This document shows, one piece after another, positions 11,087 to 20,230 of a DNA stretch of 39,706 bases. Position numbers and translations under genes: made by a program. The stretch is from positions 1-39,706 of the forward strand of contig JAAPAO010000323.1 in the NCBI GenBank assembly GCA_013115145.1. Reading direction: 5' to 3'. Under the pieces are notes generated by a model. That model was not told where the DNA came from and searched no databases. It worked only from the letters and a program-made list of their open reading frames with translations. Numbering within the stretch: position 1 is the first letter of the stretch; every line of letters begins with the position of its first letter. The stretch comes from Perkinsus chesapeaki ATCC PRA-425. Taxonomy: Eukaryota > Protista > Perkinsozoa.

Positions 11087-14000
11087 ATGGATAACGCAGC
11101 CCTTGTGCCTCCTGGTGGGGCCCGGCATCGTCAAAGAGCCTCAGTGGCAATGATATACGGTCACTCGCCCCCAGCGCAAACAGGAAAGAGAAGGGCGAGT
11201 CATTTGCCGCCAGAATCACCGAAACACCACGATGATGTCCCCGAATATTTCGGACTGCCGGAGCCTTTCTCTGGCGACGAATCGAAAAAAAAGTCTTCTC
11301 ATGCGTTGGATTTGCCGAGCCATAGAGATCTGCCGCGAAAGCTGAGCCATGCTGCTACTACTGGGAACACCTTGGGCGTATCTAAGGTTGATGCGGATCC
11401 ACGGCGATTGAGTCATTCGATCACAACCGGAACGGATTTTGGTCTGACGCACGCGGAGAAGGCCAGGCGATCCAGTAGCCATGTCGACGGCAGAAGGGCC
11501 TCGGGCAGCAAATATAGGAAATCATCTCATACTAGAGGTTCGCAATCGACCTCATAAAATATCTTTCACATACCTCATCTCAGGCGACGTTGCCCCTCTG
11601 CCCGGTAGCACCGACGTCGATCGGCGTAAAGGCATAGCGCGGCCCATCAGTCCACAAAGCAGCGTCAGCTCACTTGTGTCCGATGATTCGCTAATTGAAC
11701 GATTGCAGAAGGATCGAGCTTGGCGCCATAGGAAGGAAAATGCAACCTATTCACTGGCGAAAACTCGGTATGAAGATCGGTAGAAAAATTTAATTATTTA
11801 TCAGATTTAAAAACCGGAAGTTTCTGGACCAACTATTTTTCAAGTACGATCCAAACGGCGATGGCACTGGTAAATCTGCGGGGTGATTTGTGGCGCGTGA
11901 CGATTTGACAGGCTCTCTGGGTGTTGATGAGACTTTTGCGCTCTTTCAAGAGGCTGGATTGAATCTTTCGCGTGCGGAGGTTAAAGATACCATGAAGCAG
12001 ATCGACCTTGATGGTGAGTTATTCTGGACAGATTCTAAAGATACTTTCAATAATTTCATTTTTGGTGCAACTGGGGGGGGCTGAATATCACCATGTGGGG
12101 AGGGGTGAGCTTACTCAGCATCAGAACCGCTTGACAACCTTTAGCACATGCGGGGAATCTTGTCACTCGCCACTGCTCGAGGCGGACTTGCCGCCGCCGA
12201 CAGGTGCGACGGCAGCACTGAAGAGCACAAGCAAGCTCGCCTCGCCGCAGTGCCTAGTTTAACCTTACACTGCAGCAGAGCACTCCAGCATTTTGGATTG
12301 ATTCTACTTTTCATTAACTTCAACTGAAACCCAATTATAATAATCGTCTGTTTGGTATTATTGTAATTCGAAGGTTCATTGTTGCAGGCAATGGAACGGT
12401 GGAGATAGAAGAATTTCACTTCTTCTTCAATCGAGCTGCAAACAGGCAAGAGCTCAAAACGGCAGCCAAGGACTTGTTCACCAAGATAGCGGATTCAAGC
12501 GATAATTTCGACGTAGGCAGCATGAGCCGCCTAGGCGGAGCTGACTTCGCATTCAACCTCTGACTCAGGGATTCATTAAGAAGGTGTTTTCTGAATACGC
12601 AGAGCCTTTGGGGCCTTCCGGCAAGGCCGGCACTTTGTAGGGTTAGCGACTGCCACCGGTGCGTTGGAGTGTTGTTCAGATACGGGGTAACAGCTAATAA
12701 CTTCCACTCACTTCAACGCCTTCTGCATCTTGGACTGAATAAAGAAGATGTGAGACTTACCCACAAATGCTTACGTATTCAGTTTTGTATCTCCTCTCTT
12801 TGGTTTGCTTTAGTAAGGCAGCTTTACTTCCTCCAACCTGCAAACTATGCACTCAAGTGCCATTTCGGGCCCATTAAGTGTTCAAACAAAGCTCCCCTTT
12901 GGCGTTCTCTAAACGCCCATTTGAATAGGCCTAGGCATTCGCCTGTTAAACCTCATCGATACCGCGCGTACAAGATAACTTGGATCTGCGAATTTCTTCA
13001 GAGTGCGGCACTGTTTGCTAAGTTCAAGCACCCAAGTCTGGACTGTCTGGACCGGACGGCGTTGGCACGATGCATAGAAGATGTGAAGCAGCGGAATGAG
13101 TTAAAGGTGCGTAATTAAGCCCTGCATGCGCGGCACCCAGGTTCGAATCCGGCGTGTTTATTTTTAGGAACGTTTAGTCGAAAAAGAGCCGCCGAAAGAA
13201 GACTTCCTTCGCAATGTGTAAGTGTCCCTTCTCCGTCCACGGCCAGACTCCCGCTGCCTCCTCGGATAGGTTCGAGCAGTTCGACACGTCCCGAACTGGC
13301 AACATGTCCGAGGATGACCTCTGCCGTGCTGTTAAGTTTATGGAACTTGACATCTCCAGCGATGGTGTTCGAGATGTATAAAATGACAGACGCCGGGATC
13401 GAACCGGGGACCTCGTATTTCAGTTGCTACGAGCAATGGACACCGATGAGAATGGCACTGTTGAGATTGACGAGTTTTTTGCATTCTTCAAAACCGTTAA
13501 GGACATCGGCGACATGAAGAGAGTTCTAGCAGAGTTCGAGATACGGAAGGAAAATAAGAATGCTCTGAATCGGGTGGGTGATCCGACTGCTATCAGTTGC
13601 AGTAAAGCAGCATGGCAGGTTCTGTGCGGCGTCACTTCCCTGTCCACGGCAGTCCTGCTCGTTGTCACTTTAACGACTAATAATGATGCCACACGGATTG
13701 GCCTATTCCTCTCTGCCGGAGCTCTGGTGAGTGTATCCCTCGTAATGAAAGTCTATTGCATTCCTAGGTCATGTCATTGTTCTTTCTTCTGTATGAATCC
13801 ATCAGTCGAGGTGCTGCCGGCATTTGGGCCTTAGTGACCGTCAAGCGGTGCTTAGTGGTAAGGCCGGCTACATCTCCCATAGTTAGCGTATCGTCTCAGG
13901 CCGCAGCTGCGTTCCTAATCTTATTGATAATCGCAGCAATCATTGGTTCTTCTGACAAGTCATCTTCGTCATCCAATTCCTACAAGACAGTTGCCAGCGC

Positions 14001-14203
14001 CACCGAGTCCGTTTCAGACGACTGTAAGATTCCCCTTCTATTCGACGGAAGATTGGTTTTTGTTAGCTTCTGCGATGCCTGTTTTGATGGCCGTCTCCGG
14101 AGCTCTAATGGGCATTTGTCTGCTCTGTGCTGGAGTTGTGACATGCGCCGGCTCAGGCAAGAACTACGACATCAGAGATGAGCCCGAGACCCAGGAGCCT
14201 TAG
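11087..14203 (+). CDS. EF-hand calcium-binding protein with a basic/Ser-rich N-terminus and four C-terminal transmembrane helices
   Basis: Spliced EF-hand loops: YDPNGDGTGSLG, IDLDGNGTVEIEEF, FDTSRTGNMSEDDL, MDTDENGTVEIDEF. Four hydrophobic segments lie between 13620 and 14150; TAG at 14201-14203. Exons at 12520-13000 are only partly resolved. Confidence 0.8.
13107..13167 (+). other. tRNA 3'-half-like sequence in a 61-nt intron (sense)
   Basis: GTGCGT...CTGCATGCGCGGCACCCAGGTTCGAATCCGGCGTGTTTATTTTTAG. Perfect B-box GGTTCGAATCC at 13140-13150, then a T-run and the AG acceptor. Splicing joins QRNELK to ERLVEKE. Confidence 0.6.
13376..13423 (-). other. tRNA-Phe-like 3' half plus TTTT forming a whole 48-nt intron (antisense to the host gene)
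   Basis: Reverse complement is CTGAAAT ACGAG GTC CCCGG TTCGATC CCGGC GTCTGTCA TTTT ATAC. Removing it joins ISSDGVRD to LLRAMDTDENGTVEIDEF. Confidence 0.7.
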
Positions 14204-14984
14204 TTCAGTAGCCTCGTACCTAGCCATCGGCTTGTGCCATTAAGTACCATAAGACATGTTGGTTGTTAAGCATGCTGTGTGGTGTTATAAGTTTAAGTGA
14301 ATGGCTACTTATGTAGCTCTCCATTCACTAGAGGGTTAAGGATAGTTCAGTCCATCAAAACATCTCAGCACACAGATAACTAGGCCAATAAACCTGAATA
14401 ACTACAAACCGCCTGCCTCACAATTGAGCCTCCGGGCCTCAATGCCGAGGCAAAGTGTTGGGTTGCCACCCTCGTGGTGCTGGGCATATCATACGGTAAA
14501 ATCCCCCCGTGCGATACACTAGCTATACACTGTAGAACTCGAGTCGGCATCAGTGGCAGCATTGAGGGTAGAAGTAATAAACTCTAACCTATGTTAGGAC
14601 ATGACTTAGTCAAGTTGGCATCTAAGTAGAATATGAGTGTAAACAATCGGTTAGAGAAAACTAAGCGCCAGCGGGAGGACGTGCGCATCTGGTTACGTTG
14701 TATCCCAGAGTGGGCCTCTGAGCTGACGGAGAGGCGGAAAAAGAGCCTTGGTGTATATGCGTTGAACTGTGTAATCCGCATAGCTAAGGCTAACAGCGAA
14801 CCAGCTCACAGACAATACTAAGAATACCTTCTCGGCTCTCACCATTGTCGTAAGCCTTAATATAGAGGATAAGCATTGTACGCGTAGGGAATATAGATAT
14901 GTCCACGATTGGGAGATCTATAGTATGCAAAACTGAAATGGTCAAGTTCTCACGATTTGGTAGTCATAAAAGAAGATTTATTAG

Positions 14985-15826
14985 TTATATTATGAAACGG
15001 TGCAAAGCAGCTGATGTGCCCGTCGGAGATGTCACCTCGACGATGTCTCAACAGTAGATTGGAGATAACAACCATCGTTCATCTGGTGACCATTTGCTCC
15101 GAGTATCCACGACCTGGTTCAGACCGGGATAACAGTAGATGAGTAGTCCGTAACCCAAATAGGGAAACTCCAGAACAGACAACCTACCCGTGCTGGAGGA
15201 TCGGACCAAGTACGCGTCGGCAGTCTTGTCGTACCCTAGTTCGTAGTTCACATTATGGAGCGACACTGTTACACTGCCTTTTTTTAACACTGCATCATAT
15301 GCGGTAGAGGAGAGAGGACCAAAATTGTATTCAACTGATTCATCTTGACCGATCTGTCCTGGGCTAGAGCAGAACTTCCCGGAAGGCTCGGGAACTCCCT
15401 CACTTTCCCCAGAGGCTTTCTCAGCTCGGGCTGAAACAGCTCAGCAGTTTGACGAACACACTCCGTCCTATTGAAGTCCATAAACATTCTGTCATTCACA
15501 AGTTTGATAAAATTAGCTGACTTATCGTAATACATAGTCCATTCGTGGGATATGTACGGAAAGGTGTTACTGTTGACCTCTCTTAGAGCGTCGAATGTGA
15601 TAAGACCGCTAGATGAATCGACACTGTAACTCGAATTTAGGATACTAACCGTGGCGATTTCACCGGCGAGGAACACGGTGGCCGTACCAGATGGGCTCGA
15701 GACCACCTTTGACACATAGGGGCCATAGGTCCTTCTGCAGTATTCTCCGACGGGGATCATTTGAGTATTACCAACATATAGATTGCCGAATAGAAGAAAC
15801 GAGAACACCGGCGATGTGGCGTTTCA
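14985..15826 (-). pseudogene. Secreted two-domain beta-rich protein of unknown family, disrupted
   Basis: The hydrophobic leader FSFLLFGNLYVG is out of frame with the upstream ATG. Domain 1 runs IPVGEYC...MYYDKSANFIKLV. There is a frameshift at about 15290 and an in-frame TGA at 15050-15048, after which the same frame continues DIVEVTSPTGTSAALHRF. Confidence 0.5.
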
Positions 15827-16345
15827 TGAATAAGACTGGAATCTACCTGGCTTGAAAGTTAACGACATTTATAGCATCCTGCCCTAGGTAGTAAAGCGAT
15901 CTTTGGATACTCTCTAGTACTCTCAGGATACAGTCATACGCATCTACGCAAAAGCCCTCTCTTGCGTATACCAACCAGCTGTGTAAACCCTCGATCGTAG
16001 AATTGAAGCCTACACAGATCGACGGGGCCCTTGATCGTCGAATCCAGGCCCCTGTGAGCTGTGTCATCTCTGTCTATCGTGGTACTTCCCTTGTGTGTTA
16101 GTCTATCCTATATTAGTCTGTATCTGAGCCCATGATTGTAACACTCGCCACCATATGGGCGATCGCGACTGATTAGCTGTGCTATTCCCACGGGAATCCC
16201 GTGGCGGGTATCCTGTGCGCTTCGGGCCCACTCCAGAATAAGAGTCTTTTTTTGTTGATCTCTCATGCCTCCTGCGAGTCGCGTTACTAGGAAGTCTGCT
16301 AATACCTCATCTGCTCAAGGATCTGATGAACACGGTGGTCGTGAC

Positions 16346-16709
16346 TGTTGTAGGATTCTGCGCAGTCTATGTGCATGCGTGCTATAATAATCTATAGCTA
16401 GGCGNNNNNNNNNNNNNNNNNNNNNNNNNNNNNNNNNNNNNNNNNNNNNNNNNNNNNNNNNNNNNNNNNNNNNNNNNNNNNNNNNNNNNNNNNNNNNNNN
16501 NNNNGCCGGCGTGTTGTAGGATTCTGCGCAGTCTATGTGCATGCGTGTTATAATAATCTATAGCTAAGCGGCCGGCGTGTTGTAGGATTCTGCGCAGTCT
16601 ATGTGCATGCGTGTTATAATAATCTATAGCTAGGCGGCCGGCGTGTTGTAGGATTCTGCGCAGTCTATGTGCATGCGTGTTATAATAATCTATAGCTAAG
16701 CGGCCGGCG
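16346..16709. repeat. 66-bp tandem minisatellite spanning an assembly gap
   Basis: Unit GCCGGCGTGTTGTAGGATTCTGCGCAGTCTATGTGCATGCGTGTTATAATAATCTATAGCTA(A/G)GCG, with units starting at 16505, 16571 and 16637 and a partial copy at 16346-16404. Confidence 0.97.
16405..16504. other. Assembly gap (100 N)
   Basis: Run of 100 N flanked on both sides by the 66-bp repeat. Confidence 1.
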
Positions 16710-17019
16710 CGGTTGGTTATCGCCTGTCCTTGGTGTGTTCTTGATTATCACTACTATCTCTAGCGTAAGCTACCTATCCCTCAAGGTCCCTCCTGTTGTG
16801 TTAACGCATCTGAGCCAGGGGAGGCATTGGTCGTTACTGCTCAACTCGCGCGATGCCCTCACAATTTGCAAGTTACACATTTCATTGGAAAAACAGCCCT
16901 GATTCAGGGCCGTCCAATTACTCCCGTAGTATTTTAGCACCGGCGAGGACTCAAGTGGATAGTGGCGTCATGGTGACGCGGATTCACTGAGGCGGCACCG
17001 CTTTTTCAGCTGGAAAGCC

Positions 17020-17211
17020 TTGAGCGTATCTAAGGTTGAGGCAGCTTCGCGACGAATCGTCGTTGACGATGAGCCACCCTATCACAGCAGAAATGGGTTT
17101 TGGATAACTCTCGCCGAGAAGGCCCGGCCATCCAGTCTCCATGTCGGCGACATAAGTGTCTTAGCCAGAAAACAAAAATCATCTCATAGCTCCGAGCTAT
17201 TAGCTCATTGA
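17020..17211 (+). pseudogene. Diverged partial copy of the N-terminal exon of the EF-hand gene
   Basis: SVSKVEAASRR...FWITLAEKARPSSLHVG...KQKSSH aligns with GVSKVDADPRR...FGLTHAEKARRSSSHVD...YRKSSH (11375-11535). The nucleotide match GCGTATCTAAGGTTGA is exact. No EF-hand exons follow. Confidence 0.7.
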
Positions 17212-17950
17212 GGTAATCCCACTACCATGCTCGGTAGTCATGGTTCCATAAGCCGCTGGCTCCGAGCCAGTTTGTCCCATACTTCGGGAGCAAAGATACT
17301 TTCCTCAATAAGCGTGAACTCATAACCTCCTGTTCAGGGCCTGAACTTCAGGTTACTTGTAGTCGAAAGTAGCCGGACCCCTAACCCTCGTAGCCCCCGT
17401 ACGCTTAGGCGAATCTGCCTCAGGAGATCAAGGACACTGGCAAAAGATGGCTCGTAACCTTCTTCTCGTCGGGTTGTGAAACCGGACAGTCACCATGGAA
17501 ATGGCTAATGGTTATAGTATAGTAACCTTCGTTTCTAAAATCTCTCTTCATGGGCTACTGAGCATCCAAATGGAAGTACACTTAAACTCCACAATGTGGA
17601 GTCCACATCGCTTTCACTTTTGTTTCGGAATCTTAGTTATCCAGGCGTCATGTGCAAATTGAAGTTCCTCAACCTTTCCTTCATCCGAATTGAGCTTCCT
17701 AAGCGATAGTTTCATCTTTTAATCCGACGGCCTGTTTAGATTGAAGTGACCATGTGTCAAGGACGCGTGGAATAATTGTGGTGAGTCACTACTAGTGACA
17801 CATGAGAGTTACACTCCCGAAGAAGGTCGCACGTCACGCCTGTGACACTTCACAGACTGTCTCCTTCTTCACTGTGTTCATTGTTCCTTCACGACCGGTG
17901 ATAGCTACAACTTCCCGATTCAGTTACCTGTTGTCATCCACTTCCGAGAA

Positions 17951-19571
17951 ATGGCTCAAAGGGTCAATGCGATATTCTTCACCCTGCTTTTGGTGCCCTT
18001 AATTCGCACCCAGAGGCTCGGCAACAAACCCGACGCAGTGCTACCGCTCAAATTGGTTGAGCGCTACCGTAAGGTATTCTCCCATGCTTTAGACCGAGGT
18101 GAGGTTCCAAGGTTCCGTATTTATGTATTACTATTGATAGGGAACTTCAGCCATGTCCATACAGTTGAATTCGAAGATTCGCGGCAGAGTAGAGATTTGG
18201 GTTCACTCGCGTCCCTCGTTGTAAACGCAGAGGGCACCGAGTTACTGGCCATGTCCAAGGGAGCGTAAATGTTATCTGATTCCAACTCATCATAGATGCT
18301 TTCAGGAAGTTTGTGACCATGACACTTGCACCGATACCAGATGGGGGCTTCGACGTCACCGCTAAGATTTCTTCCATGCCAAATGCATGTAAGATTTTGT
18401 CGGTCGTACACGCTGGTGGAAGAATAAGTCATTGTAGGCGAATAGCATACAGCAGATTAGGATTAGTAGGAGAGCAGCTCCTGCCAGTGAACCCCATTAT
18501 TATTCGTTTGTAGATTATCCCGACGCAATGACAATTGATGGAGTATATGTGGGAAATGGCCGAGGTACACTCTACGTTGCTTCCAATGGACATGAGTTAA
18601 CTAAGTAAGGCTCATTTGCTAACAGCTTCGTTGTCGCTGCGCTTGCATCAGATACATGTCGGGTACGCGTACCAAGGCTGCCTACCACATGTTCACACTG
18701 GAATCAGGATGCCCGAACAAAGGTACACTGACGAACTTTGCGAAACTCCGTAGCAAGTCTATCATATTGTCTTCTTTGACATAACCCTCTGTCAGAGTCG
18801 TCTCATTCTGACATCCTACTAATGGCTTGTAATAAGCCCTTTAAGCCTGTCTTCGCTCCACAGACTACCCTGTCACCAACAACGCATCCCCTCACAATCT
18901 TTGCATGGGCATACTCTCTGCGGCGTGGTATATCGGAGAAGTTTTATATAAAGGTGAACCGCGCCTGCTGAAGCTCAACTGTTTCGGACAGTTTTCCTTC
19001 AGTTGCCTGACGGACTAGCACCAGCCGGTATGGCCGAGCTGCCCAGCGGTGATATAATCATCGCTCTCCGTGGGTAAGCGCGTCCCACGATTGGAGGCTA
19101 TTATTCCAGTGTCCTCAGTAACAACAAGAATGACATACAGATTGGATATATCGCAGCTGAATCTCTCCACCAGGCTATCAAAAACGGTGCCAACGTCAAG
19201 CCTGAGGTCATCTTGAACGTGAATGAGAATAACGAGTAGATGTGAAATATGAGACGACGTTGAACTTGATACCTGCGAGGTTCGATATTGGGTATCCAAT
19301 AAGTCTGACAGTTCGCCAAGACCCCGAAACTGAGGAGATATTCGTTTATATGCTCAGCGGCGATGATCAATATAAGGTAAGCATGAATATCGGACAGTAT
19401 GGAGAAATAAGCAAGAGTAAATTATGATGGTTTCAGCCTCGAAGAACATTCCTCACCGTATACCAATGGAGTCCTAAGATCGTTGAACCCGTTATGTCGA
19501 GTACGGATGGGTTATGTACAACGATCCCGTTGCTGATCACCTGTATCCTAGTATTCTGGATGAGCTGCTGA
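17951..19571 (+). CDS. Secreted, probably GPI- or C-terminally anchored esterase-like phytase family beta-propeller
   Basis: Signal MAQRVNAIFFTLLLVPLIRT. Spliced blades: LGSLASLVVNAEGTELLAMSKGAKFVTMTL; YPDAMTIDG..GTLYVASNG; LPDGLAPAGMAELPSGDIIIALRG; EIFVYMLSGDDQYKPRRTFLTVYQW. Hydrophobic tail IPLLITCILVFWMSC*. About 9 GT-AG introns. Confidence 0.65.
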
Positions 19572-20230
19572 GTTCACATAACCAGTGACATGTTCTATCT
19601 CTCCAATAAACTTTCACTTGGAGACGACAATGCTGCGCACATCGTTCGATGTGTTTGCTGTCACAAGAGTTATACCACGTTCATGGTGTCAGACCACGTA
19701 CCGTGCGTGCTATGTATGGCATCGGAGTGTTCTTATTCAAATCGCCTTTTGATTGGAAAGGATCATGTTGAAGATGACGGTGACGTTTTAGAGTAGCAGT
19801 GACCCTGTCGCCCAGTACATATCATCTACATCGTCTTCTGCTCCTTTGATTTAACCAACCGATATAAGACTTTTCAACCACAGTAGTGTTGAGCTATCGA
19901 TAGTGGAAAAGTGTCTCCCTTGAGCAATGAGTTGTTCACAAGACAACAATGTAAAACGCACATTTTTAATTATTCGTTTCGTTTCGATCCTGTTGGATCC
20001 GCTGGCCATCAGAAAGCTGACCTCTACTGCCCAAGTTGGGCTAACTGAGGCTCAACACAAACGTTCGTGCGAAACGCCGATTGAGATAGACCACCGTGGT
20101 GTCGTATTCATATTGATCAACTTAGCAAAGCAACAATTAGTATCATTTATACAAGCGTAAAGGGTCAAGCAAGTGTCACACATAATTATAGAAAACGTAA
20201 AAAACTAGTTACAGGACAACATCATCATCA

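Noticed and set aside
14218-14233. ACCTAGCCATCGGCTT and TCTTGGCTCAG (24967-24977), resembling perkinsid/dinoflagellate spliced-leader relics
   Set aside because: Matches are short and gapped, not placed at gene 5' ends, and lack an Sm site or SL-RNA context.
15843-16067. Minus-strand 74-aa ORF next to the minisatellite as a mobile-element fragment
   Set aside because: No diagnostic motif.
16346-16709. CRISPR-like array
   Set aside because: Units are contiguous and near-identical with no unique spacers, and the context is eukaryotic.
17800-18500. Minus-strand pseudogene reading (ORF 18121-18432 and stop-ridden continuation)
   Set aside because: The plus strand splices cleanly into a signal peptide plus propeller protein, which explains the region.
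19277-19286. GGTTCGA matches at 19277, 13269, 34694, 37787 and 7914 as further tRNA fragments
   Set aside because: They lie in coding sequence or across a junction and lack the downstream C of the B-box and a T-stem.
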